From: a bacterium
GTDB taxonomy: Bacteria > Patescibacteriota > Saccharimonadia > Saccharimonadales > Saccharimonadaceae
Direction: 5' to 3'
DNA: 64,000 bases
NCBI GenBank assembly: GCA_030431855.1
Contig: JAUIII010000001.1
Location: forward strand, 25,089-89,088
Both the position numbers and the translations under genes were made by a program. This document shows positions 27,261-36,376 of the stretch, piece by piece (position 1 is the stretch's first letter; every line of letters starts with the position of its first letter). The notes under the pieces were generated by a model that had not been told where the DNA came from, ran no database searches, and saw nothing but the letters and a program-made list of their open reading frames with translations.

Positions 27261-28955
27261 ATGAACCAGAATTCGAACAATCACGAGAAAGAACCAACGA
27301 ACGAAGGCGGCTTTTGGTCGCGGTTTGGCTTTTCTGAAAAGCAAGAGTCGCACGATAAAAAAGATGAGAGTCAGGAACAGCAAAAACCAGAAGAGCCTAA
27401 ACAAGAAGAAAAAAAGCAACCGCCGAAAGATGATCTTACCGAGAAACTGACAAAAGAGGAAAAAGCAGAACGTAAACGAGCCAAACGCCGTAGAGTCGTA
27501 TCTCGCTCGCGTAGCCAGGTAGCCGATGCTGATAGAAAAGACCCGTACAGAACCCGAACGTATTCACCGATAGAGCGAGTATCGCTGGCGCTAGCAGAAC
27601 GAATCGTACGTCTGGATACACGACTGCAAACAGACGAGTCGCTAGACGACGCGGACATCACTTCTATCGAGTACGCCATTGATTTCATGGGGCTCATGAC
27701 GGACAAGCTGGAGGATCCGCAAAGTGAAGCAGCCCCAGAAGTAGATGCAGCGATTGCAGTGCTACTAGAACCGTTAGTCTCACCGCAGGAGACGATAAGG
27801 CTCGAGACAAATGACGAAGTGCAAGAGAATTTGGCGGCGGATGTGAAAGATATAGTGGTGGCAATTGCTTCAACTCAGCGCGATGCCATAGAGCCTTGGC
27901 TTCTTCTAGGCAAAGGCGAGATTCTACAGCCGCCGGCTCCAGACAGTAATTCTGGTGACGTAAAGAACGAAACACGACCAGAGCTACGGCGAATTGACCC
28001 AGAGCAGATACTAGAAACCGCCAACGATTATCGCAGGATGGTGCCGACGGTCATGCGAGTGTTAAAGAAAGAGCGACGTAAACAGCAAGTTAGTTACGGG
28101 CCTGGGCCAGGCATAGGACTAGCAGCTGCAGGCGCTACTGCGGCTACAGTACACGAGGCTGAGGAACATGATGCTGAAACAGAGCAACCTGCATCTGTAG
28201 CGTCGCGTAGGACCACACAGCGCCATGTAGGTGGGGTAGGGCAGAGCATGTCGACAAAGCAGCCTGAGGCAAACGAGCCACTGCGTCACGTTAGCGAACC
28301 ATCCCATACAGAGGAGTCTATGTATCATCGCGCCCAGACTCACCAGCGCGTGCACGATAGACCTAGCGGTGAAGGTTTGAACTATCATGAATCAGAGAAT
28401 CCTCATGTTGCGCCGCTACCGGATTCGATTTCTAAAAAGCGACCAGAGGAGCTATCGCTACGCGAGCTACTGCATGAAGCCGAGCATATATCGGTGGGGC
28501 ATGGTATGTATTTGCGCCAAGCGTTTGAAAGAGGTGAGATTGACCAAAAGGGGCTGGTAGATGTGATAAAGAGCAAGCGAAAAGGACGTGATTTTCGTCA
28601 GGAATTTTCGTTGCAAAAACAGTCCTTTGCTCGGAAAAAGCGCGAATCGCCAGAGTTTTTGCATCAGTCTGAATCGACTATGTCGCAGCAGAATAACTCG
28701 TCAGGTACACCGGCTATGTCTGATTTGAGAGAAAAAATTGCTCGCGAGCCACTGTCTGCTCCTATGCAGTCACAGCCAACGAACGCACAGGCAACACAGA
28801 CTCCTGATGCTAGCAGCACAGATCACCGCAAGGGTCTGCTAGGTGACATACTGTCGCGAAATCAGGATGAAAAGCCTCGACGCAGCTGGGGCATGTGGCT
28901 GGCCCTTGGGCTATCAGTAGCAGCCGCGGCGGGCTTGCTGATGTGGCTATTCTAG
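27261..28955 (+). CDS. Hypothetical low-complexity, highly charged protein with a single C-terminal TM helix (tail-anchored)
   Basis: K/E/Q-rich N-terminal region and C-terminal WGMWLALGLSVAAAAGLLMWLF. The start is ambiguous (ATG at 27237 or 27261). TATAAT at 27233..27238 overlaps the first ATG, so I chose the second. Confidence 0.55.
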   Translation: MNQNSNNHEKEPTNEGGFWSRFGFSEKQESHDKKDESQEQQKPEEPKQEEKKQPPKDDLTEKLTKEEKAERKRAKRRRVVSRSRSQVADADRKDPYRTRTYSPIERVSLALAERIVRLDTRLQTDESLDDADITSIEYAIDFMGLMTDKLEDPQSEAAPEVDAAIAVLLEPLVSPQETIRLETNDEVQENLAADVKDIVVAIASTQRDAIEPWLLLGKGEILQPPAPDSNSGDVKNETRPELRRIDPEQILETANDYRRMVPTVMRVLKKERRKQQVSYGPGPGIGLAAAGATAATVHEAEEHDAETEQPASVASRRTTQRHVGGVGQSMSTKQPEANEPLRHVSEPSHTEESMYHRAQTHQRVHDRPSGEGLNYHESENPHVAPLPDSISKKRPEELSLRELLHEAEHISVGHGMYLRQAFERGEIDQKGLVDVIKSKRKGRDFRQEFSLQKQSFARKKRESPEFLHQSESTMSQQNNSSGTPAMSDLREKIAREPLSAPMQSQPTNAQATQTPDASSTDHRKGLLGDILSRNQDEKPRRSWGMWLALGLSVAAAAGLLMWLF

Positions 28956-30014
28956 GGTTAGTATTTGCGCGTTAATCTTTAGCGAGTTTCGAAGGTCAGT
29001 CGCGGTGATGACCGTCTGATAGCCCTGCAAACTATGCATGAGGGACTTTTCGCGGGTGATGTCGAGTTCGGAAAACACATCGTCCATCAGGATGAGCGGT
29101 AGCTGACCGGTGATTTCTTTCTGCAGTTCAACTTCGAGTAGTTTATACGCTAGCATAATGGTACGCATCTCGCCGCGCGAAGCGGTTTCAGATGCCGGAT
29201 GGCCGTCTAGTAGTACTGTGAAATCATCGCGGTGAGGGCCTTCAGATGTAAAACCGCGTAGTATGTCGAGTGCACGGGATTGTTGCAAGCGGCCCATCAG
29301 TACCTGCTGGTAGCTTGACTCTTTTTTCACTGGCTCGTAGTGTACCTGTACCACGTGCTCGGCATTTGCCATGCCAGAGTACAGTCGGCTGAGGTGTTTG
29401 TTTGATATATCGCTGAACTCTGCCCGTGCATGTACGAGTGTGGTAGCAAGCTCGGCGAACTTTACGTCCCAGGCAAACAAATGGCTTTCCCATGCAGATT
29501 TGCTCATGGTCTCGTGCTGTTTCAATAGTTCGTTACGCTGCAATAATGCGCGCTGAAATCGTGACAGTGCGGTGGCGTAGGACGGGTATAGCCGCGCTAA
29601 GATATCGTCGAAAAACTGCCTGCGTCGCTGCGGGCTCGAGGAAAGCATACGCAGTTCATCTGGCTCGAACAGCACTACTGGTAGGCGGTGCTTTGCCAGC
29701 AGACGAGCCGAGGTTTTATCTTCGACAGTGAACTTTTTCGTGATTTTTTCGTCTGGGCCGAGCGAAAGGTGGATCTTTCGTGTCGGACCCGAGCTGTCGG
29801 TCACCTTTATATCCGCTGTTTTGCCGTCGTGAGCTATCATATCGCGGTCACGGCCCCTGAAGCTACTGCCACGCAGCGCAACGTGTAATGCCTCGAGTAG
29901 CGTGGTTTTACCAGAGCCATTCGGCCCCAATATCAGCGTGACATGCGGGTCCAGCTGCGCCTCGAACAGTTTGTACGAGCGTATATTTGCAACCTTCACC
30001 TCGGAAATAGACAT
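28947..30014 (-). CDS. recF: DNA replication and repair protein RecF
   Basis: Walker A GPNGSGKTTLLEAL, SMC-like signature and Walker B LILMDDVFSELD. TATACT lies 6 nt upstream of the ATG. Confidence 0.9.
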   Translation of the reverse strand: MSISEVKVANIRSYKLFEAQLDPHVTLILGPNGSGKTTLLEALHVALRGSSFRGRDRDMIAHDGKTADIKVTDSSGPTRKIHLSLGPDEKITKKFTVEDKTSARLLAKHRLPVVLFEPDELRMLSSSPQRRRQFFDDILARLYPSYATALSRFQRALLQRNELLKQHETMSKSAWESHLFAWDVKFAELATTLVHARAEFSDISNKHLSRLYSGMANAEHVVQVHYEPVKKESSYQQVLMGRLQQSRALDILRGFTSEGPHRDDFTVLLDGHPASETASRGEMRTIMLAYKLLEVELQKEITGQLPLILMDDVFSELDITREKSLMHSLQGYQTVITATDLRNSLKINAQILTLE

Positions 30015-30063
30015 AGTACTAGTATAGGTGATGCTAGAATGAATATGAAGAAAGAATCAAGAC

Positions 30064-31278
30064 GTGAAGCATATCCGAACATTTTTACACGGCAATATCG
30101 GCAAGCTGATTGCCATAAATTTTTTGATTGGCTTTGTGCTTTGGTATGGTATTGAAAAAACTTTCTTGAGAGAGGCATTTGATGTTGGGGCACAAGGAGT
30201 TGCTGCGATTGCGATTACCTATATTGTAGTGTCCTTGATTTTTGACGTACCTAGCGGTGTCCTTGCGGATAAGTGGAGTAGAAAGTACATGATTGTAGTG
30301 GCAGCGAGCCTATTTCTTCTGGCAGACATAATCTTGGGTCTTGCCACTAGCTTCGAGGTTTACCTATTAGCAACAGTTATCTGGGGGCTGTTCACAGTAT
30401 CCATGTCGGGCACATATGAATCGATTACCTATGACAGCTTGTTCGAAGAGGGTAGATCGGATCAATACCAGAGAGTAGACGCAGTACAGCGAAGCGCATT
30501 TATGGTCGGAATATTTATTAGCTCTGCAAGTGGTGGATTCATTGGCGAAGCTTTCGGGCTGCGTTCAACTTTCTTTCTGTCGGCCATCCCATTGGCGATA
30601 GCAATACTGCTTGCGTTTCGTCTGTCAGAGCCAAAAAAGCACCAGGAACTTACACAGACGAATTTTCTTGGTCATACAAAGTCTGCGTTCAGTAGTGTTT
30701 TCAGTAACAAGACCACGACCGTCATAGCCTTGCTGATGGTCGCTGTTCTAATACTGCAAAACCTCCTGTATGAATATTCTCAGTATTTCTTTCTGTATGC
30801 TTTTGACTCAAGCCTGACGTTGACCGCAATAGCAAATGGAGCAACAGGACTCCTGCTGGGTATAGGCTACTTGATAGCTAGCAGAGTAAAACGCTACGGA
30901 ATGTTTTTGAGCGTATCTGGTGTTTTTATGCTTATTGCTACATTTTGGCAGGGTGTATGGGCGATCGTACCATTCGCGCTAGTATACATATTTCTGGCTA
31001 TTCTCCAGAATCTTACTCAAACCTCTTTGCAGCACAGCCTTCCTAGCGTTATTCGCACCGCTTCTACGTCAGCCGTAAACTTTATCGGAAATATATTCAT
31101 TATTCCGATAGCGATTGTGTTTGCATGGTCAATTGATACTTATGGGGTAGAGATAGCGTATCGGTATGTCGGGGCCGTCTTTATGTTGATTGGGCTGCCA
31201 TTTATCACGCTTATGTATAAAAAGCGGAGCAACAAGATGCCTCCTGTAGCTTCAGTCGATGAATTTACAGTGAAATAG
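30064..31278 (+). CDS. MFS transporter
   Basis: About 12 TM helices. The loop 2-3 motif GVLADKWSRK is typical of the major facilitator superfamily. GTG start. Confidence 0.75.
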   Translation: MKHIRTFLHGNIGKLIAINFLIGFVLWYGIEKTFLREAFDVGAQGVAAIAITYIVVSLIFDVPSGVLADKWSRKYMIVVAASLFLLADIILGLATSFEVYLLATVIWGLFTVSMSGTYESITYDSLFEEGRSDQYQRVDAVQRSAFMVGIFISSASGGFIGEAFGLRSTFFLSAIPLAIAILLAFRLSEPKKHQELTQTNFLGHTKSAFSSVFSNKTTTVIALLMVAVLILQNLLYEYSQYFFLYAFDSSLTLTAIANGATGLLLGIGYLIASRVKRYGMFLSVSGVFMLIATFWQGVWAIVPFALVYIFLAILQNLTQTSLQHSLPSVIRTASTSAVNFIGNIFIIPIAIVFAWSIDTYGVEIAYRYVGAVFMLIGLPFITLMYKKRSNKMPPVASVDEFTVK

Positions 31279-31311
31279 ATTAATTGATATACTGTAGGAA
31301 AGAGGAGAAAT

Positions 31312-31866
31312 ATGTTTGACACCAAACCATACGAAGTAAAAATGGATGCCGCCCTAGAGCATTATTACGATGAGCTGAAAAAAGTACGCACCGGCCGTGC
31401 TCACCCAGACATGCTGGGGAGCGTGCACGTGGATGCCTACGGCACAAAAATGCCATTGAACCAAGTAGCCAACGTAACTGCGCCAGAGCCGCAAATGCTA
31501 CTCGTGAGTCCATTTGACCCGAGTAATATCCAGGCGATCTCTGCCGCGATTCGTGAAGATCAATCATTAGGTTTCAACCCCAGCGATGATGGCCGAGTAG
31601 TGCGCGTGCCGATACCTGCACTGACCGAAGACCGTCGCCGAGAGATGGTAAAGCAGCTTGGCGACAAGGTAGAAGAATGTCGTATCGCAATGCGTAACGT
31701 CCGCCAAGATGCGCTAAAGGAGGCCAAGCGTAAAAAAGACGCCAAAGAGCTATCAGAAGACGACGAACGAGCAGTAGAAAAAGAATTCGACAAACTGATG
31801 CACGACTATCAAGCAAAAATAGACGAAGCTTTCAAAGCAAAAGAACAAGAAATCCTGACTATATAA
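31312..31866 (+). CDS. frr: Ribosome recycling factor
   Basis: The length and the LKKVRTGRAHPDML...VRVPIPALTEDRR pattern match RRF. AGAGGAG SD present. Confidence 0.95.
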   Translation: MFDTKPYEVKMDAALEHYYDELKKVRTGRAHPDMLGSVHVDAYGTKMPLNQVANVTAPEPQMLLVSPFDPSNIQAISAAIREDQSLGFNPSDDGRVVRVPIPALTEDRRREMVKQLGDKVEECRIAMRNVRQDALKEAKRKKDAKELSEDDERAVEKEFDKLMHDYQAKIDEAFKAKEQEILTI

Positions 31867-31882
31867 GAGTACAATAGGAAGA

Positions 31883-32572
31883 GTGACACACGAACTACCT
31901 AAACACATAGGCTTTATCCTCGACGGCAACCGACGTTGGGCAAGAGAGCATGGCCTACCTTCGTATGAGGGTCATTTGGCTGGCTACAATGCTATGCAAG
32001 ATGTACTCCTGGAAACCTTAAAAAGAGGTGTTACTTATGCCAGTGCATATGTTTTTAGCACAGAGAACTGGGATCGCTCGGAAGACGAAGTGAACCGTAT
32101 TATGAAATTGCTTCGGAATATTCTACGGAAAGACATTAAAGTATTTGAAGAAAACAACATTCGCCTTAGGGTCATTGGTACGCAAGAGGGACTGGCTGAT
32201 GATATTGTGGCATCGATTAAGTCTGCCGAAGAGCGAACGGCGAAGTACACGGGCGGCGAACTGCTACTGTGTTTGAACTATGGTGGGAAGCTTGAAATTG
32301 CCGATGCAGTGAAAAAAATTGTTCAGTCTGGCGTTGACGCGGACGAGGTAACACCAGAACTTATCGGCCAGAATATCTATGCACCAGAGGTGCCCCCGTG
32401 CGATCTGATTGTTCGTACCAGTGGTGAACAGCGTTTGAGTAACTTTATGCTGTGGCGTGCCGCGTATAGCGAGCTGATGTTTGTAGATAAGCACTGGCCA
32501 GATATGAACAAAGACGACGTAACTGCTATACTAGAAGAATACGCAAATAGACACAGACGATTTGGAGGGTAG
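31883..32572 (+). CDS. uppS: Isoprenyl transferase (undecaprenyl-diphosphate synthase)
   Basis: HIGFILDGNRRWA and RTSGEQRLSNFMLWRAAYSE motifs. GTG start. Confidence 0.9.
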   Translation: MTHELPKHIGFILDGNRRWAREHGLPSYEGHLAGYNAMQDVLLETLKRGVTYASAYVFSTENWDRSEDEVNRIMKLLRNILRKDIKVFEENNIRLRVIGTQEGLADDIVASIKSAEERTAKYTGGELLLCLNYGGKLEIADAVKKIVQSGVDADEVTPELIGQNIYAPEVPPCDLIVRTSGEQRLSNFMLWRAAYSELMFVDKHWPDMNKDDVTAILEEYANRHRRFGG

Positions 32573-33733
32573 ATGCTGATATTTGGAATTTTATTAGGCC
32601 TGATTATTTTGGTTGCACTGGTGGTGGTGCATGAACTTGGCCATGCTATTGTGGCGCGTCGAAACGGCGTAGAGGTAGAAGAATTTGGTATTGGCTTCCC
32701 GCCACGTGCAAAGGCGTGGAAAAGAAAAACGAGTTTTCTTGGTAAAAATGTCGAATACAGCCTTAACTGGTTGCCACTCGGTGGTTTTGTAAAGTTGAAA
32801 GGCGAGTACGACAGTGCAGACAAAAAAGGCGACTATGGAGCGGCTACGTACTGGCAGAAAACTAAGATTTTGTTGGCTGGCGTAGCTATGAACTGGCTAG
32901 CAGCTATCGTGATATTTACGATTTTAGCACTCGTAGGATTGCCAAAAATTTTACCAAACCAGTTTAGTGTACCTGCGGATACGCAACTTCGGGTAGCTGG
33001 TCTTCAGGTGGCGAGTGTTGGTTCGGGTACTCCTGCAAGCGAAGCAGGATTACAGATTGGTGACGAAATACTGTTGATCAACGGACGCGAGGTGACAACA
33101 GCCAAACAGTTAGCTGCTGAAACAAAATCACGGGCAGGCGAAACGATTAGTATTACATACTCGCGCGATGATGAAGAGCGAACGACCGACGCGACCTTAC
33201 GTATGAGCAATGATGATGGAAAAGGCTACCTGGGCATAGGCTCAGCAGAGCGAACCGAGATTCGTGCAACGTGGTCGGCACCAATTGTTGGTGTAGGAAC
33301 TACTGTGCAGCTGACCGCCGAAACATTTGCGGGGCTTGGCAAGCTTCTAGCAGACACTACTACAGGTTTAGCGAGCAAGTTTAGTAGCGACAAAGAGACT
33401 CAGGCTGAAGGCCAACAAAAATTAGACAGTGCAGCGAATAGCGTATCGGGACCGATAGGTATTTTAGGGGTGATATTCCCTCAAATGGAGCAGGCGGGCA
33501 TTAAACCACTCTTGTTGCTTACCGGTATTATTTCACTAAGCTTGGCAGTCATGAACAGCCTGCCTATACCTGCGCTTGACGGAGGCAGGTGGTTTACGAT
33601 GACTGTGTTCAAACTACGCAAAAAAGTGCTGACCAAAGAAAAAGAAGAGCAAATTCAAGGCATTGGCTTTATGGTACTTATGGGGTTAATACTACTGGTG
33701 ACACTGCTTGATGTCGGCAAAATCATTAACTAG
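32573..33733 (+). CDS. rseP: RIP metalloprotease RseP (site-2 protease, M50) with a PDZ domain
   Basis: HELGHA zinc motif, a PDZ-like middle region and NSLPIPALDGG motif. Confidence 0.85.
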   Translation: MLIFGILLGLIILVALVVVHELGHAIVARRNGVEVEEFGIGFPPRAKAWKRKTSFLGKNVEYSLNWLPLGGFVKLKGEYDSADKKGDYGAATYWQKTKILLAGVAMNWLAAIVIFTILALVGLPKILPNQFSVPADTQLRVAGLQVASVGSGTPASEAGLQIGDEILLINGREVTTAKQLAAETKSRAGETISITYSRDDEERTTDATLRMSNDDGKGYLGIGSAERTEIRATWSAPIVGVGTTVQLTAETFAGLGKLLADTTTGLASKFSSDKETQAEGQQKLDSAANSVSGPIGILGVIFPQMEQAGIKPLLLLTGIISLSLAVMNSLPIPALDGGRWFTMTVFKLRKKVLTKEKEEQIQGIGFMVLMGLILLVTLLDVGKIIN

Positions 33734-34460
33734 ATTAGCCGCTTATACGGTGGGTTTGGCGCTATGGACATCATTCGCCTTTATCTCCGCTCAGTACGCA
33801 GCCGCGATAGTGCTGTATGCATTTGCGTATGTCGTGCCATCATTAGGCTCATTGAATGAATCAGTGTCGACAACACTGTTTGCCGCACTTGCGTACTCGC
33901 TAGCGTTAGTCGGCGCTGTATATCTACCACGTATTGTAGGCTTGCGTACAAGCCGGGAAGAGCTTGGCGTCACTCGCTGGCCTGCCTGGCGTGATATTGG
34001 TGCGTTCTTGCTGGCCATAGTGCCATATATTTTACTGACTATGCTGCTCGTGACGGTTGTAGATTTGATTTGGGCTATTAATACCGAGCAGCAGCAAGAA
34101 ATACCATTCGCTCAGCCTGTTTTGAGAATAGAGTATATTGTCGCGTTTGTAACACTGGTGGTACTGGCGCCGCTTGCAGAAGAACTGTTGTTTCGAGGCT
34201 ACTTGCTGGGTAAGCTACAAAAAAAGATGCATCCTTACGTCGCGATTGGTATTAGCGCGCTGGTGTTTGGTGCTATGCATCTACCGGCCAAAGAACTGCA
34301 ATGGGCGGTTGCCATCGATACATTTGCCCTAGGTATCGTGTTGGGCGTTTTGCGAGTGCACACAGGTTCGGTATGGGCAAGTGTGCTGCTGCATTCACTG
34401 AAGAACGGTATTGCGTATTATTTCCTCTTTATCGCACCGCAATTTCTTGGTATGCTGTAA
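33711..34460 (+). CDS. CPBP-family intramembrane glutamic endopeptidase (CAAX protease-like)
   Basis: EELLFRG motif plus downstream FGAMH and HSLKN histidines in a polytopic protein. Confidence 0.8.
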   Translation: MSAKSLTRLAAYTVGLALWTSFAFISAQYAAAIVLYAFAYVVPSLGSLNESVSTTLFAALAYSLALVGAVYLPRIVGLRTSREELGVTRWPAWRDIGAFLLAIVPYILLTMLLVTVVDLIWAINTEQQQEIPFAQPVLRIEYIVAFVTLVVLAPLAEELLFRGYLLGKLQKKMHPYVAIGISALVFGAMHLPAKELQWAVAIDTFALGIVLGVLRVHTGSVWASVLLHSLKNGIAYYFLFIAPQFLGML

Positions 34461-34463
34461 CAG

Positions 34464-35708
34464 ATGAGAGTTTCGAAACTATTTACCAAAACGCTGAAAA
34501 ACGCACCTGCGGATGAAGTGGCGAAGAATGCACAGCTGTTGATTCGGGCTGGGTTTGTATACAAAGAAATGGCCGGAGCCTACGCCTACTTACCACTAGG
34601 AATTCGCGTGCTAGAAAAAATAAAACAGATTGTGCGCGAAGAGATGAATGCTATTGATTCAAATGAGTTGATTATGACAACTCTGCAACGAAAAGAAATC
34701 TGGGAAAAGACCGGACGGTGGGATAATTCAGTGGTTGATATTTGGTTCAAGACACATCTGCAAGATAATACCGAAATTGCTTTGGCCTGGAGTCACGAAG
34801 AGCCAATTGTCGAGATGATGAAGCAATATGTTTCTAGTTACAAAGATTTGCCGATAAGCGTGTACCAGTTCCAGAACAAGATGCGCAATGAGCTTAGGGC
34901 AAAAAGTGGCATTATGCGTGGTCGCGAATTTATCATGAAAGATATGTACTCATTTCACACGACGAAAGAAGATCTTGATGCATACTATGAAAGAGCAATC
35001 AAGGCCTACAAGCGGGTATATGATCGCTTGGGTGTGGGCGATGAAACATATGTCACGTTTGCGAGTGGTGGTGCATTTACAAAGTTCAGTCATGAGTTCC
35101 AAACTATTTGTGATGCAGGCGAAGATATGATTTATTTGCACCGTGGCAAGAATATTGCAGTGAATGAAGAAGTGATAGACGATGCCGTAAAAGAATTAGG
35201 CATTGTAAAAGATGAGTTTGAAAAAGTTAAAACGGCGGAAAGTGGTAACATCTTTAACTTCGGCACCCAGAAGACCGATGAACTAGGACTGTACTATACC
35301 GATAAAGATGGTAAAAAGCAGTCACTATGGATTGGTAGTTACGGAGTTGGTATCACGAGGATGATGGGCGTAATTGCTGAGAAAATGAGTGACGATAAGG
35401 GTCTTGTCTGGCCGGTAAATATAGCACCTTACATGGTCTATTTGGTATCAATCGGCGAAAAGGGTTCAGCGGAAGCAGACAAGCTGTACGAAGAGCTGAC
35501 CGGAATGGGAATCGAAGTGCTATATGATGACCGCGATGAGCGCCCGGGTGCAAAATTTGCCGACGCTGAACTGCTGGGAATCCCATATCGTGTGACGGTG
35601 AGTGACCGCCTGGTTGAAAGCGGTGAATTTGAGCTCGTTCAACGTGTAGATAGCGCGCAAGAAACGTTGACACACCAGGCGCTAGTTGCTAGACTAAAAC
35701 AATTGTAA
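34464..35708 (+). CDS. proS: Prolyl-tRNA synthetase, bacterial-type core without the INS editing domain
   Basis: Motif 2 region MRGREFIMKDMYSFH and motif 3 region GSYGVGITR. Only about 110 aa lie between them, and the protein is 414 aa in total. Confidence 0.9.
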   Translation: MRVSKLFTKTLKNAPADEVAKNAQLLIRAGFVYKEMAGAYAYLPLGIRVLEKIKQIVREEMNAIDSNELIMTTLQRKEIWEKTGRWDNSVVDIWFKTHLQDNTEIALAWSHEEPIVEMMKQYVSSYKDLPISVYQFQNKMRNELRAKSGIMRGREFIMKDMYSFHTTKEDLDAYYERAIKAYKRVYDRLGVGDETYVTFASGGAFTKFSHEFQTICDAGEDMIYLHRGKNIAVNEEVIDDAVKELGIVKDEFEKVKTAESGNIFNFGTQKTDELGLYYTDKDGKKQSLWIGSYGVGITRMMGVIAEKMSDDKGLVWPVNIAPYMVYLVSIGEKGSAEADKLYEELTGMGIEVLYDDRDERPGAKFADAELLGIPYRVTVSDRLVESGEFELVQRVDSAQETLTHQALVARLKQL

Positions 35709-35823
35709 ACACGTCTTTAAACAGGGCTGAAAGAGTGTTTGCACTCGAATTTGAAATAGTTGGTGCTGCTAAGGCACCTATTAAAAAGACTGTCTCTCAC
35801 CGAAATAGAAAGGAGACGAAATT

Positions 35824-36279
35824 ATGAAAAAAATGTATCAAATTACATCTGAAGGTAAAGCCGACTTAGAGGCTGAGCTAGAAAAACTGAAGGGTCGCCG
35901 CGGAGCGATTGCTGATAAAATTGCTGATGCTCGTGGCTATGGCGACCTTTCTGAAAACGCTGAATATGACGCCGCCCGCGAAGAGCAGGGCTTGGTAGAA
36001 AGTCGCATTGCTGAAATCGAAGATATTTTGCTAAATGCAGAACTAATCAAAGGTCACAAAAAGACTGCAGTCGGACTCGGTAGTAAAGTTGAACTAAAAA
36101 ACGGTAACAAGAAACTTGAATATTACGTGGTTGGCCCAGTTGAAGCCGACCCAGTATCTGGTCGTATTTCTAACGAATCACCAATCGGCCTTGCACTGAT
36201 GGGCAAAAAAGTAGGCGAAACTGCCACTGTCACCACGCCAAAAGGCGACATCAACTACAAAGTCGTTGCAATTAGCTAG
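35824..36279 (+). CDS. greA: Transcription elongation factor GreA
   Basis: GDLSENAEYDAAREEQ acidic coiled-coil tip and a C-terminal FKBP-like domain. Confidence 0.9.
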   Translation: MKKMYQITSEGKADLEAELEKLKGRRGAIADKIADARGYGDLSENAEYDAAREEQGLVESRIAEIEDILLNAELIKGHKKTAVGLGSKVELKNGNKKLEYYVVGPVEADPVSGRISNESPIGLALMGKKVGETATVTTPKGDINYKVVAIS

Positions 36280-36376
36280 TAGGTACTAATGCTTCTTGGA
36301 AAATGAGCGCACATATCGCGTGCCTGTGGCTTTAGTTGTGTAGGAAAGACCACCCGAGTACGGTATACTATAGTCA

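Noticed and set aside
36280-36376. A possible T-box upstream of lysS; I also checked the leaders upstream of serS and proS
   Set aside because: The plus strand has no UGGNACC bulge with flanking helices. The only GGGTGGT-like string is on the wrong strand. The serS and proS leaders are too short (46 nt and 3 nt).
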